Shown here: positions 29,761-40,513 of the stretch, piece by piece
Layout: every line of letters starts with the position of its first letter
How positions within the stretch are numbered: the first letter of the stretch is position 1
Origin: Candidatus Kapaibacterium sp.
GTDB taxonomy: Bacteria; Bacteroidota; Ignavibacteria; Kapaibacteriales; UBA2268
Length of the DNA stretch: 64,000 nt
Direction of reading: 5' to 3'
NCBI GenBank assembly: GCA_963665665.1
Contig: OY762428.1
Span: forward strand, 544,001-608,000
Made by a program: the position numbers and the translations under genes
The notes under the pieces: generated by a model
What the model saw: only the letters and a program-made list of their open reading frames with translations
Database searches by the model: none
Told to the model about the DNA's origin: nothing

Positions 29761-30291
29761 TTACTCCAATTCGCCGTATTTTTCCGGATAAGGCGGAAGA
29801 GGAAGCGAGCCGGGAATTCCCATAAGCGGAAAATCTTTCCTTAGCGGGTGTAATTGCTCGCCGGTTTCCGGATCGGTAAAATCCTCCGGCATGTAGAAAC
29901 GCCTTAATCCCGGGTGGCCGGTAAATTTCACCCCATACATATCAAATGTTTCTCTTTCGTACCAATTGGCACTTTCCCAAATTTCAGTTAATGTGGGGCA
30001 TTCAGGATTATCTCCTTCAAGCGGAGTTTTAATTCTCAGCTTGCCCTTCTTAGTTGTAGAATAAAGAAAATAAACAGTCTCGAACCTGACACCGGGTTTT
30101 GCCCAATCGATAGCCGTAACATCTTTCAGCATATCAAAATCAGTATCCGGATTTTCTTTTAATGCTTTTGCTGTTTCAAACAGCTTCTCCGGGGTTACGA
30201 TAATCGAAAGCTGCCCGTGATGCTCGTAAGTTTCAACATCAGGATTTACTTCTTTTACAACATTCAGGATTGTTTCTTTGTCAATAGCCAT
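29761..30291 (-). CDS. nuoC: NADH-quinone oxidoreductase subunit C
   Basis: FDML.DVTAID, WESANWYERETFDMYGVKFTGHP.LRR, HPLRKDFPL. Confidence 0.93.
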   Translation of the reverse strand: MAIDKETILNVVKEVNPDVETYEHHGQLSIIVTPEKLFETAKALKENPDTDFDMLKDVTAIDWAKPGVRFETVYFLYSTTKKGKLRIKTPLEGDNPECPTLTEIWESANWYERETFDMYGVKFTGHPGLRRFYMPEDFTDPETGEQLHPLRKDFPLMGIPGSLPLPPYPEKYGELE

Positions 30292-30383
30292 AATTCACTC
30301 GGAAAGTTAAATCATTTATCATTTTTCTCAAGATATTACAAAAATTTTATTATGACAAATAATTTTTTCATTTATGTAACCAG

Positions 30384-30830
30384 TTAGCAATTTTTTATTT
30401 CCTTCCTGCGAAATATATTCCTCATTTTCAAATCAAGGATAATGAAAAGAGCAAGCAAAAACACACCACCAAAAATTACTGCCACCGGTGCTGTAATTAT
30501 TTCCACAGGTATTGAAAGTGGCAGGTAATTAACAGCCTTGCTGACGGACCCGGATAGCGAATTCATGGCTGTGTTGTCATGCGTATCCGAAGGTGGTGCC
30601 AGGAGAACAAGCAAAATCAAAGACGACAGGACTATACCGATAAGCATCCAGACTTTTTTTGAAATTACAGGTTTATATTCAATTATCTTTGATTTGCTTA
30701 AATCAATTTGAGACATTATCAAATCTGTCAGATTTTCAGGGGCTTTTTCAGTTCCGGCTTCCCTGATAAGCTTTCCTGCAAGTAAATCTTCTTCTATATG
30801 ATTATCGTAATATGAATTCTCTTGTTTCAT
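30384..30830 (-). CDS. Putative membrane anti-sigma factor
   Basis: Overlaps the ECF sigma gene; AP.NLTD.IM..I motif; two TM helices. Confidence 0.7.
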   Translation of the reverse strand: MKQENSYYDNHIEEDLLAGKLIREAGTEKAPENLTDLIMSQIDLSKSKIIEYKPVISKKVWMLIGIVLSSLILLVLLAPPSDTHDNTAMNSLSGSVSKAVNYLPLSIPVEIITAPVAVIFGGVFLLALFIILDLKMRNIFRRKEIKNC

Positions 30831-31377
30831 TTTTCAGTATCCTTCTCAGAACTTCAAACATTTTCTTTCGTGCGCGGAATATCCTGACTTTCACCGCCGA
30901 CCTGCCAAGCCCCGTAATTTTTGAAATTTCTTCTGTATTCATTTCATTCAGGTAAAATAGTGTCAGGATAAAGGCATCAGTTTCATTGAGTTTATCCATT
31001 GCTTCCCTGATTATTTTTTTTCTTTCCTCTGATTCCAGGTTTTCAATTCCGATATTTATATCAGTCAGGCCGTAATTCTCATTATCGTCAATACTGACCT
31101 TGCTGATATTGTATTCGGCTTTTCTGTATTTCGACACATAAGTAGTATAAATAATTCTATAAAGATATGTCGAAAATTTAGAATCTCCCCGGAAATTATC
31201 AATATTATTTATTGCTTTCAGGAATGCATCCTGTACAATTTCCTCGGCATCCTCCCTGGTGCGTGCCAGCCTGAGGGCCAGGTTAAAAGCAAAATCCCGA
31301 TGCCCGTCTATCAGCTCCCTGATAGCAGCAGAATCTTTGTTCTTAATTTTTTTTATATCGTACTTTTTTCTTTCCAT
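30802..31377 (-). CDS. ECF RNA polymerase sigma factor
   Basis: DAEEIVQDAFLKA, FRGDSKFSTYLYRI, EEIS.ITG....VKVRIFRARK. Confidence 0.92.
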   Translation of the reverse strand: MERKKYDIKKIKNKDSAAIRELIDGHRDFAFNLALRLARTREDAEEIVQDAFLKAINNIDNFRGDSKFSTYLYRIIYTTYVSKYRKAEYNISKVSIDDNENYGLTDINIGIENLESEERKKIIREAMDKLNETDAFILTLFYLNEMNTEEISKITGLGRSAVKVRIFRARKKMFEVLRRILKNETREFILR

Positions 31378-31405
31378 TTAAACCTGTTTTGCTGTCATAG
31401 TATTT

Positions 31406-31432
31406 GACGCGCCGTACCGATAATCGGTTACA
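31406..31432 (-). promoter_or_regulatory. Possible ECF autoregulatory promoter TGTAAC-N17-CGTC
   Basis: AAC/CGT boxes ~30 nt upstream of the sigma gene start. Confidence 0.4.
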
Positions 31433-31553
31433 TAAATGCAGTAATTTAAAAAAAATCAGGTAAATTGGAAATTGCAACGAAAAAACATTGTTGTAAATCC
31501 TGATTATAACTTTACGACAGATTTACAACAAAAAGGTAAATAATTATTTTGAA

Positions 31554-32291
31554 TCATCTCAGAGAAAATCTTACCGGTATTTCTATCCACGAATCCTCAG
31601 GTTCATCATCAATTATACTTGGTTTGAAATATTTGAATGTTTTGGCAGATAATTTTAAAGCACAATTCAAAGCAGCTTCAATAAACTCGGCGGAATTATC
31701 TTTTTGATATTTGATAATTGCAATTTTTCCTTCTTTAGTAAGCAAAATGCGAAAAGATACAATTTCTTCACGATTCAGCGTCAGCATATTCTCAGGATAA
31801 ACTAAGCAGTTCTGTAAGGATTCAATGTCAACAGAAGGATTAACCTGATAATCCGTATGAAATGCTTCATTCCCGAGGCTGTCAAAGCAAGTTCCGGAAA
31901 CAAACACCCTGTCGTTGAATATATCATCTCTTTTCAACTGCCCGTTTTGGTAATAGGTTTTCACACTCGAGTATAAATTCTTATTCTGATAATATTCAAC
32001 TTTTTTCAGTTTTCCGTTTGAATGATAATATTTTGATTCTCCGATAAAATTCCTGTCTTTTTCATTATCAAAAGATTCAATCGATTGTAGTACGCTGTCC
32101 TGCGATAATGATCTGACAATCGTGTATCCCGTGGCGCTATCCTTTGAGATAATTTCAATTGGTTTTGGCTTATTATAATAACTTGAATCAAGCACAATCA
32201 GGCCGTCAAACTTTTTTGATTTATATCTGATTGTACTGCAGGAAGCAAGAGCTAAAATAAATAAAATTGTAATCATAAAAATTTTTCTCAT
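31554..32291 (-). CDS. Lipoprotein with MORN-variant repeats and TonB C-terminal-like domain
   Basis: LASC lipobox; YHSNGKLK/YYQNGQLK; YPE...EG.I...IPVRF. Confidence 0.75.
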   Translation of the reverse strand: MRKIFMITILFILALASCSTIRYKSKKFDGLIVLDSSYYNKPKPIEIISKDSATGYTIVRSLSQDSVLQSIESFDNEKDRNFIGESKYYHSNGKLKKVEYYQNKNLYSSVKTYYQNGQLKRDDIFNDRVFVSGTCFDSLGNEAFHTDYQVNPSVDIESLQNCLVYPENMLTLNREEIVSFRILLTKEGKIAIIKYQKDNSAEFIEAALNCALKLSAKTFKYFKPSIIDDEPEDSWIEIPVRFSLR

Positions 32292-32425
32292 CAGGCATCC
32301 TTTTTATATAATTCCCTCATAATTCTCTCAAAAATAATAATTTCTTTAATATGAGCGTAACGAAATTATAATAATTATGTTAATCATATAAGTAATATTT
32401 AGTTGAAAATCTAAGCGGAGGGTTT

Positions 32426-33037
32426 GTGAAGAAGATTTTTCAATTGTTAATTCTTGGATTTATTATCGAATTCCTTGCATCATGCTGTGAATGCGAGGAT
32501 CCGGAATTTTACAATTTCACGCACGATAGTATTGAAATCAATGTGATTGACAATAGCGGCCCGACAGCTACTGTTGTTTTCGACGGACAGGTACCGGCAA
32601 AAGCATACGGAATCAGGATGGAAGTATTAGCCGATATTGATTTTGAAGGAATTTCCTGCAGGTTTTCATTTTCCCGGAAGTTAATGGCCTTTGACTGCGA
32701 CTGCCCTCCGGAAATAGATTTAGAGGCCCTGGATAGCATTACATCCATTCAGGTATTCACCACCAATCCATTCGATGACGAGCATGGCGCAGGCTCGGAT
32801 GTTTCTGAATTCTTCAGGTTCACAGACGGATACGGCTTTCAGAAGCTTGATGAAGAATTCCCTACATATCCGGAAATATATTCCGACCATGTTCCGGAAA
32901 AAATTCCATGCCTGTCAGGCGATCTTCTGCTGATGTTTGAACCGGATTTTCCTGGTATTCACCAATTCACTGTACAGGTCAATTTAAGTGACGGACGTAA
33001 ACTTGAGATGACAACAATAGAACTGGAGCTAATATGA
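32426..33037 (+). CDS. Putative lipoprotein (DUF5034-like)
   Basis: LASCC lipobox; FDD.H.AG.DVSE.F; GTG start with GGAGG RBS. Confidence 0.65.
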   Translation: MKKIFQLLILGFIIEFLASCCECEDPEFYNFTHDSIEINVIDNSGPTATVVFDGQVPAKAYGIRMEVLADIDFEGISCRFSFSRKLMAFDCDCPPEIDLEALDSITSIQVFTTNPFDDEHGAGSDVSEFFRFTDGYGFQKLDEEFPTYPEIYSDHVPEKIPCLSGDLLLMFEPDFPGIHQFTVQVNLSDGRKLEMTTIELELI

Positions 33038-33804
33038 ATTTAATAGTTAAATCAATACTTCTATTATTTATAGTCTCCTTTTTTGTGCGGCCTGCTTTTA
33101 CAAATGAAAAAAAATTACCACAGAAGTACATTTCGGTAGGTTACGGATACTCTTTTACAAATAAAAAGCTGACTACAGGACAATCCACAGACCACCTGAT
33201 AAACTATAACGGGGAATCAGGGAACTTAAGATTTCCTGATCTGAGCTATTTTTTTGACGACCACTGGGGAGTATATTTTAAATTCAATATCAATTTCCCG
33301 TCCGGAAAAGAGGACGAGGCAAAGAAATTCGATCAGATTATAAACAATGCATATTCTCCGTATTTTTATGTTACTGCGGACAATATTATTGAAGATATCG
33401 ATTATCATTATTACAACGGAAATTTAGGAGCTATTTACAGAATTGAAACAGATTACATGCTGATAATGCCTTTTATCGGGATTGATATCCTTTCTATCGA
33501 CTCCCGCTACACATATTATACATTGAAAGAGAAAGACGGTAACAGGACAAGCGGGCTGCAGTTCAGAACGGATGATGATTTCAAAGATATTTATACTATT
33601 GCGCTTGGAACGACAATCGCTGTTAAAATTACAAAAAACGTATCGCTTTTTACTTCATTTGAATATACTCCAAGAGATATTGATTTGGAATACGAAAAAA
33701 ATGTAACCGATTTTATGACGGGAAACAGGATAACCACATACTATAAGTATTCTCAACTGATGCACTGCTTCAATATTAATACCGGCTTGATGATAGGATT
33801 TTGA
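33034..33804 (+). CDS. Outer-membrane beta-barrel protein
   Basis: Signal peptide; alternating aromatic strands; terminal Phe. Confidence 0.65.
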   Translation: MNLIVKSILLLFIVSFFVRPAFTNEKKLPQKYISVGYGYSFTNKKLTTGQSTDHLINYNGESGNLRFPDLSYFFDDHWGVYFKFNINFPSGKEDEAKKFDQIINNAYSPYFYVTADNIIEDIDYHYYNGNLGAIYRIETDYMLIMPFIGIDILSIDSRYTYYTLKEKDGNRTSGLQFRTDDDFKDIYTIALGTTIAVKITKNVSLFTSFEYTPRDIDLEYEKNVTDFMTGNRITTYYKYSQLMHCFNINTGLMIGF

Positions 33805-33887
33805 AAATCGTTTCCTTCTATTTTGCTATCTGCCATGAATTATTTAAATTTACGGGTAAAATGATTGAAAATCAGGACAAAGTGGAA

Positions 33888-34850
33888 ATGAAATATATAA
33901 TTCGCATTCTTTTATTAATAATTCCGGTACTTGTTTTTGCAGGCGGGCCAAAGAAGATATCTCCGGCTGAACTAAAATCAATATCAGCAGAATTTGAAAA
34001 TGATATTATAACTATTGATTGGAAGACTGCTTCCGAAGTAAATACTGATAAATTTTTTGTTTTCAGGGCAGTTGAAACTGAACGCAGTAGAACCGAGTTT
34101 GAAAAGATTGGTGAAGTTGAAGCAGCAGGCAGCAGCATCAGCGAGAAACACTATTCTTTTGAGGACAACGGATTTACCGGAGGAAAAATCAATTTTTATA
34201 AAATCCGGATTATTGACAAAGACGGCAGTTACGCTGAAAGTAGTGAAATTGCATATCAAATCGATAATATTATCTTTGATCCGGGATATAAGTTCACTCC
34301 TGTTCTTGAAGGTAACAGGGTTAATATATCATGGGCAACAGAATACGAAACAGCTATTGACAGTTTCCTTGTAACACGGAAAATTGAGAATTATTCAGAA
34401 GAAAAAATAATTGCAAAAGTAAAGGCCAAAGGAAATTCCGCTGAATCTGAATTTTACGGAAACTATGTTGATGAGCACCTGGCAGCGAATAAGATACATG
34501 ATTACAGGCTGTATGCAATAATGGATAAGGGGCAGGTAAGACTTCTTGAAATTGAATCGATAAACTATATTACTTCCGTTTCAGATTTTGATTATGATCT
34601 GAGTTCTTATGTTTATCCAAACCCTTTTACTTCTAATGCCATTATCAAACTTCCGTCAGGGCTTGCTAATGATATAACATTTCAAATGTTCGACATTTCC
34701 GGTAACCTTGTAAAAAAAGTCAATTTTTCCGATGCTGAAAGCAGAACAGAAATCGGCATTGATTCTTACGGGCTGGGTTCCGGAATTTACTATTATCTTA
34801 TCAGTTCCGGTTCTGTTTCGTCAAAAGGAATTATTACTATTCTGAAATAA
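33888..34850 (+). CDS. Secreted protein with T9SS type A C-terminal sorting domain
   Basis: W.TASE.N...F Ig-like repeats; VYPNPF...FDISG..V...GIYY C-terminus. Confidence 0.85.
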   Translation: MKYIIRILLLIIPVLVFAGGPKKISPAELKSISAEFENDIITIDWKTASEVNTDKFFVFRAVETERSRTEFEKIGEVEAAGSSISEKHYSFEDNGFTGGKINFYKIRIIDKDGSYAESSEIAYQIDNIIFDPGYKFTPVLEGNRVNISWATEYETAIDSFLVTRKIENYSEEKIIAKVKAKGNSAESEFYGNYVDEHLAANKIHDYRLYAIMDKGQVRLLEIESINYITSVSDFDYDLSSYVYPNPFTSNAIIKLPSGLANDITFQMFDISGNLVKKVNFSDAESRTEIGIDSYGLGSGIYYYLISSGSVSSKGIITILK

Positions 34851-34874
34851 TAGCAGCAATTATTTAAGATCAAT

Positions 34875-34905
34875 GGCTGTTCCATTCCCGGGAACAGCTT
34901 TTTTT
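34875..34905 (+). terminator. Intrinsic terminator
   Basis: GGCTGTTCC-loop-GGAACAGCTTTTTTT. Confidence 0.75.
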
Positions 34906-35022
34906 CACAGATATCCTATTGTGATTATCAAATCTTCTTTCCCTTAAAATGCTTGCCTCTTCGTCTTTAATATCGTTTTTAGGATTATATAATAATAATA
35001 TTTGATATGATGAAAGTATGAT

Positions 35023-36396
35023 ATGGTATTAATAGATATTACTGGGGAAATAATTGAACTTTACATTGAAATGGCATCCTACATACTAATAGGGCTTCTC
35101 TTTGTTGGACTGCTGCATATTACTATTACTAAAGATATGGTGTTGAAGCATATAGGAAATAAGAACATCTGGTCTGTTATAAAAGCTTCTTTACTCGGAG
35201 TGCCGCTGCCTCTTTGCTCTTGCGGAGTTATACCAACATCTGTTTACATGTCCAACAACGGTGCTTCTAAAGGTTCTGTAGTTTCATTTCTTATTTCAAC
35301 ACCCCAGACAGGAATTGACAGCATAATAGCAACTTATGGTATGATGGGATGGGTATTTGCTATTTTCAGGCCAATTGCCGCATTTATAATGGGGATTGCA
35401 GGCGGAACGGTAGTAAATTTCATGGACAGAAGTGAATCGGCTCACAAGAAAACCGGACAGAAGACATCACCGGATAATACTGTTGTTCCGGGTGGCCTGC
35501 AGATATATCGGCCTGCCACAGGAAACAGTACACCAGCCAGGCAGGATACAGAATCATCTGAAAGCTGTGATGACGGCGGCGGCTGTGGAAGTGAAGATAA
35601 ACCTGATCAGGGCAAACTAAGGAAGATGTTCAATTATTCATTCGTTGAATTTTTGGATGATATTTCAGTACATTTTCTTGTAGGTCTGATAATTTCCGGG
35701 CTGATAGCATATTTTGTCCCGGCAGGATTTTTTGATAATTCTACTTTCAGCAACGGTATAGTCGGAATGCTTCTAATGATTGCTATCGGAATTCCTATGT
35801 ACGTGTGCGCCACAGCTTCGATACCAATTGCAGTTACTTTGATACTTAAGGGTTTCTCACCAGGCCTGGCGTTCGTATTCCTGGCAGTTGGGCCGGCAAC
35901 AAATGCAGCGAGTTTCACTATAATTACCAAAGCTCTCGGCAAGAAATTAGCATTTGTATATCTTGGCGTTATCTCAATTCTTGCAATAGTTTTCGGATAT
36001 GTTCTGGACTGGTTATTTTCGATTATAAATATTGATTTACAAAGTATGATGGTAAAGTCCCAGGAACACAGCCTTATCTCTGAAGAGATAAAAATCGGGT
36101 TATCATTATTATTCCTCGTATTTTTACTATTGTCGTTATACAGGAAACTTTTAAGGAACAGATTCTCGGGAAACAATAAGGAAGAGACAAAAATGGAAGA
36201 CACAAAAACATATATTATTGAAGGTATGAGTTGCAATCATTGTGCAATGACTGTTCAAAACGCTATTGAAAAAGTGAAAGGCGTATTGGAAGTTAAAGTT
36301 GATGCCGGAAGCAAAAAAGCCGAGATAAAAGGCAACTTCAGCACAAAAGAAATTGCGTCTGCAGTTAAATCAGCCGGATATACCCTGGTATTGTAA
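35023..36396 (+). CDS. Permease (ArsP/SO_0444-like metal efflux) with C-terminal HMA domain
   Basis: PLPLCSCGVIP, YVCATASIP, GPATN; GMSCNHC HMA motif. Confidence 0.9.
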   Translation: MVLIDITGEIIELYIEMASYILIGLLFVGLLHITITKDMVLKHIGNKNIWSVIKASLLGVPLPLCSCGVIPTSVYMSNNGASKGSVVSFLISTPQTGIDSIIATYGMMGWVFAIFRPIAAFIMGIAGGTVVNFMDRSESAHKKTGQKTSPDNTVVPGGLQIYRPATGNSTPARQDTESSESCDDGGGCGSEDKPDQGKLRKMFNYSFVEFLDDISVHFLVGLIISGLIAYFVPAGFFDNSTFSNGIVGMLLMIAIGIPMYVCATASIPIAVTLILKGFSPGLAFVFLAVGPATNAASFTIITKALGKKLAFVYLGVISILAIVFGYVLDWLFSIINIDLQSMMVKSQEHSLISEEIKIGLSLLFLVFLLLSLYRKLLRNRFSGNNKEETKMEDTKTYIIEGMSCNHCAMTVQNAIEKVKGVLEVKVDAGSKKAEIKGNFSTKEIASAVKSAGYTLVL

Positions 36397-36597
36397 TAGA
36401 TAATAACAGGTTTTCCGGAAACTTATTAAATATTCTGCTTTTGTTGTTGTCCGGGAAAGTAGTTTCTTGAATAAACAAACGGTAATTTTGGGTCTGCAAG
36501 TCTGAATTATCGGAATTGGATAAATTCATATTGCTTATCCCCCGGAAATTTGAGACTCACAAATAAAATTCTTAAATTGAATTTTATTAATTTTCGT

Positions 36598-37137
36598 ATG
36601 GAAAAAATGAAATCAATCTGGACAGTATCAAATTTAATTAGCGTATTCAGGGCTGTTCTTGCTATTCCCTTTGCCTACGTTTTGTGGTATGATCACAAAA
36701 CTGCCGCCGTAATTCTGGCCTTCCTGGCATATTTTTCCGATCTTGCCGACGGCTATATAGCAAGAAAAATGAACCAGGTATCCGAATGGGGCAAAATTTT
36801 CGATCCCATAGCAGATAAAATCTTCGTGGGTGTTGGTACTTTGCTGTTCTTTCTGAAAGGAATTATTCCGCCCTGGTTTGCTGCGACCATTCTCGCGCGT
36901 GACCTGATAATCATGGCCGGGGGAATATATACCAGCAAAAAGCTGAACTTCGTACTTCCTTCCAACTATACCGGAAAAGTAACTGTCGGCCTGATAGGGC
37001 TGGTAATGGTGGCTGTATACCTGGGGTGTACATTCATGGAAAAATACGGTTTTATTGCAGTAACTGTGGCAATGGTTATTTCGCTGCTCCATTATACCGT
37101 CAGAGCCATAAAAGAGTTAAAAAAAGCCGGCAAATGA
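36598..37137 (+). CDS. CDP-alcohol phosphatidyltransferase (PgsA-like)
   Basis: SNLIS..R; D.ADG.IAR......G...DP.ADK motif. Confidence 0.9.
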   Translation: MEKMKSIWTVSNLISVFRAVLAIPFAYVLWYDHKTAAVILAFLAYFSDLADGYIARKMNQVSEWGKIFDPIADKIFVGVGTLLFFLKGIIPPWFAATILARDLIIMAGGIYTSKKLNFVLPSNYTGKVTVGLIGLVMVAVYLGCTFMEKYGFIAVTVAMVISLLHYTVRAIKELKKAGK

Positions 37138-37242
37138 TAATTATCATAAAATGCTGTTTTTAAACGCGTTTTTTAGCTATTTTTGTAAGCTGAAAAAATT
37201 AGCAGCTTAAATGTATATAATATAAATATTAAGTGATTAGAT

Positions 37243-38262
37243 ATGGGATTTTTTAAGAAGTTAAAAGAAAAAGTTTCCGAGGTTGTTCAGCAAACCGGCG
37301 ATGCCCTGAAATTTGATAAACTGAAAGAAGGCCTGAAGAAAACCAGGGAAAGTTTTGTTGATAATATCAAAGCTGTTCTCGGAGCCGGCCGTAAAATTGA
37401 CGAGGACCTGCTGAACGAGATTGAAGAGGTACTGATTACTTCTGATATCGGCGTTAATACCACAGACCTGCTGATGGATAAAATCCGAACGAGGGTAAAA
37501 AAAGAAGGTTATGAAAAAGGCGAGGAAGTATTCGACCTGCTAAAAGACGAAATTCATAATCTCCTGCTGAAATCTCCGTCAGCCGAAAATGATGCTGCCT
37601 ACTCTGTTGACGATAGCAATAAACCACACGTGATTCTTGTTATCGGCGTGAACGGCGTTGGCAAAACCACAACAATCGGTAAACTTGCCCACAACTATAA
37701 AAATGCCGGCAAGGACGTAATAATCGGGGCAGCAGATACGTTCCGTGCCGCCGCGAACGAGCAGCTTGACGTATGGGCTGAACGGGCAGGTGTTGATATT
37801 GTCCATCAGAATCCCGGGGCGGACCCTTCATCGGTGGTTTACGTAACTATTGAATCGGCTATTAAGAAAAATAAAGATGTTGTGATTATTGATACTGCCG
37901 GCAGGCTGCATAATAAATTTAACCTGATGAAGGAATTGGAAAAGATGGCAAGAGTGATGAAAAAGCTCAAAGCCGAAGCTCCCGACGAAGTTTTCCTGGT
38001 ACTTGACGCTACCACGGGACAAAATGCCATTCAGCAGGCTAAGGAATTTATGAAAACAGCGCCTATCACCGGTATCGTTCTTACCAAGCTTGACGGAACT
38101 GCCAAAGGCGGTGTGGTAATTCCGATAGCAGCCGAGCTGAAAATACCTGTACGCTATATTGGCGTGGGCGAGAAAATTGACAACCTGCAGGTATTCGATC
38201 CGGAAAAATTTGTAGTTGCTTTGTTCGATAGTGGCAACGGCGATGAAGAAACTGCTGAGTAA
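37243..38262 (+). CDS. ftsY: SRP receptor FtsY
   Basis: GVNGVGKTTTIGKLA, DTFRAAA, DTAGR, TKLDGTAKGG. Confidence 0.97.
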   Translation: MGFFKKLKEKVSEVVQQTGDALKFDKLKEGLKKTRESFVDNIKAVLGAGRKIDEDLLNEIEEVLITSDIGVNTTDLLMDKIRTRVKKEGYEKGEEVFDLLKDEIHNLLLKSPSAENDAAYSVDDSNKPHVILVIGVNGVGKTTTIGKLAHNYKNAGKDVIIGAADTFRAAANEQLDVWAERAGVDIVHQNPGADPSSVVYVTIESAIKKNKDVVIIDTAGRLHNKFNLMKELEKMARVMKKLKAEAPDEVFLVLDATTGQNAIQQAKEFMKTAPITGIVLTKLDGTAKGGVVIPIAAELKIPVRYIGVGEKIDNLQVFDPEKFVVALFDSGNGDEETAE

Positions 38263-38284
38263 ATGGCTTTATAAAAATAATTAA

Positions 38285-38323
38285 ACTCGTCCTGATAAAT
38301 AAAACTTCGGGACGAGTTTTTTT
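38285..38323 (+). terminator. Intrinsic terminator after ftsY
   Basis: ACTCGTCCTGA...TCGGGACGAGTTTTTT. Confidence 0.7.
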
Positions 38324-38447
38324 GTTAAAAAATGTAAACTTTTAATATAATATTCTCAGGTGACTTTTGTCGCAATTTTACAATTTTATAAATTGGTCAA
38401 ATCATATTTTTGCATTGTAATATTTTTTTCAACAACAGGATAATACA

Positions 38448-38807
38448 ATGACAAAACTTATCGCATGGGTTGATATCCCAACAGAAAATTTTGAAAGGGC
38501 TGTTGAATTTTACAGTAGAATTCTCAAAATTGAATTGAAAGGTATTGATTACGGACATGAGAAAATGGCCTGCTTTCCTGGAGGTGAAGGAGCAATTTCT
38601 TATTCACCTGACTATAAACCAGGAAAAGACGGCGTTTTAGTAAGTTTTAATACTGGAAATGATCTTGATGGGGTGATAGAAAGAGTTGAGGCAAATAATG
38701 GAACGATATTTCAGCCAAAAACAAGGATTGATGCAGACGAACTCGGCTATTTTGCTGTTTTCATTGACCCGGAAGGGAACAAAGTAGGTTTATACGGTGA
38801 TAATTAG
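38448..38807 (+). CDS. VOC/glyoxalase family protein
   Basis: W.DIP..NFERA.EFY; GYFA.F.DPEGN.VGL. Confidence 0.88.
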   Translation: MTKLIAWVDIPTENFERAVEFYSRILKIELKGIDYGHEKMACFPGGEGAISYSPDYKPGKDGVLVSFNTGNDLDGVIERVEANNGTIFQPKTRIDADELGYFAVFIDPEGNKVGLYGDN

Positions 38808-38888
38808 TAAATTGATTTATCGTTATGGTTTAGCCCTGCTAAACCATAACTGAGTTATTAAAATTTTGTAAATAGATATTCAGTAAAT

Positions 38889-39698
38889 ATGAAATATTTT
38901 ACAGCCAGACCAACGGGAATATTATCAAATTTTATCAAGCAATACTGGTCAATCGAGAATTGTAATCCGGGTATTGAAGGACATATTAACAGAATTATTC
39001 CCAACGGCCTATTTGAACTGATATTCTATCTTGGTGATAAACCCGTTTCGCTTGATGAAAACCGCAGTATTGTAACAAATTCTGTTATTACCGGACAGCT
39101 GGCCGGATACTATGATATCAAAGTATCCGGAAAATTATCGATCTTTTCAATTCAGTTTAAGCCGCACGGTTTATCAATGTTTCTGGATATTCCTTTGAAT
39201 GAGTTCATCAATCAAAATATCCCATTAAATTTTATTTTTAAATACGAGGCAAATAAACTTGAAAACAGATTGTTCGAAGCAGAATCATTTGAAAAAAGAG
39301 TAATAATTATTGAAAGCTTTTTTCTTTCATTTATTCGAAAAAAGCACCTGAAACAGAATTTTGACAGGATTAACGAGTGTATAAAGTTAATTACACTATC
39401 GAAGGGTACATTGGATATTACTACACTGGCATCCGAAACCTGTTTCAGCCGCAAGCAATTCGAAAGAACTTTTTCCGATTTCATTGGTACTTCTCCAAAG
39501 CAATTTCTGAAAATTGTTCGTTTTCAAAATGCCATAAACGAGAAATCAAAAGATAAAAACCTGAAAATGACCAGCCTCACATATAAATGCGGTTATTATG
39601 ACCAGTCCCACATGATAAATGAGTTTAAAAAATTTACAGGAATGTCTCCCAAAAAATTCTTTGGTGATTGTGATACATCATCAGATTATTTCCTTTGA
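38889..39698 (+). CDS. AraC family transcriptional regulator
   Basis: SRKQFER.F...IG.SPK; GYYDQSHMI.EFK.FTG.SP. Confidence 0.9.
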   Translation: MKYFTARPTGILSNFIKQYWSIENCNPGIEGHINRIIPNGLFELIFYLGDKPVSLDENRSIVTNSVITGQLAGYYDIKVSGKLSIFSIQFKPHGLSMFLDIPLNEFINQNIPLNFIFKYEANKLENRLFEAESFEKRVIIIESFFLSFIRKKHLKQNFDRINECIKLITLSKGTLDITTLASETCFSRKQFERTFSDFIGTSPKQFLKIVRFQNAINEKSKDKNLKMTSLTYKCGYYDQSHMINEFKKFTGMSPKKFFGDCDTSSDYFL

Positions 39699-39808
39699 TC
39701 TTAATTTTAGTTATCCAGGCTACATCCTCTTGTTTTCAATTTTAATTAACATTTTCAGCCACAAAACAAAAGAGGAAGTATTCTTGATATTTTCTCTTTT
39801 GTTTTATA

Positions 39809-40387
39809 TTAATTGTCAATTAACTTCTTTTCAATACTTCCATCATCGTACAAATATATCGCCGGTATCGATTTAGTATCAAGTGGTAATTCCCTGCCAT
39901 ACATATCAAAGACCTTTATCAACATTCTGTTTTCGTTGCTGAATTTTTCTCCAACAGACGTAATCGATCTTGAAAGAATTAATTTTTGGGCATCAGGATT
40001 TGGTTCAGGATCATTCCAAAAATTGTAATGTAATTCAAACATATCACCTGTAAAATCAACAATATCGTAGTAAAAATGCTGATATGATCTTCTTCCGGCA
40101 TATACTACACTCAAATACTGAAAATGCAATCGATTATTCTCGTAATCAATATCCCATGTTTGAGTATTTGGATAGATTGAAGGCATCAGTCTTCCTGACG
40201 TTTCTTCATATGTCCCGTCAGGATATAGTGTTATTTCAATATCCTCACGGTAATACTGCCACTCACTCTCAATTGTACCGTACCACTTTCCGGTGAAGTC
40301 CTCCGGGCTGAAATTCTGTGCTAAAAGATCATATTTAGCTATCAAAAAAAACGTTATCACAAAAAATATGTTAAATGCTTTTTTCAT
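39809..40387 (-). CDS. Secreted hypothetical protein with T9SS-like short C-terminal tail
   Basis: Signal peptide; C-terminal LIKVFDMYGRE...IYLYDDGSIEKK. Confidence 0.7.
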   Translation of the reverse strand: MKKAFNIFFVITFFLIAKYDLLAQNFSPEDFTGKWYGTIESEWQYYREDIEITLYPDGTYEETSGRLMPSIYPNTQTWDIDYENNRLHFQYLSVVYAGRRSYQHFYYDIVDFTGDMFELHYNFWNDPEPNPDAQKLILSRSITSVGEKFSNENRMLIKVFDMYGRELPLDTKSIPAIYLYDDGSIEKKLIDN

Positions 40388-40513
40388 TTCTTAGATATTC
40401 CTAATTATTATATTTGTTATTACTAATAATAAAAACGTATCGTAATAACTTCTATTGCCAAATTAATATTTCAACAATAGTAAACAATTAGTTTTGATGA
40501 TTTGTTTTAATAA

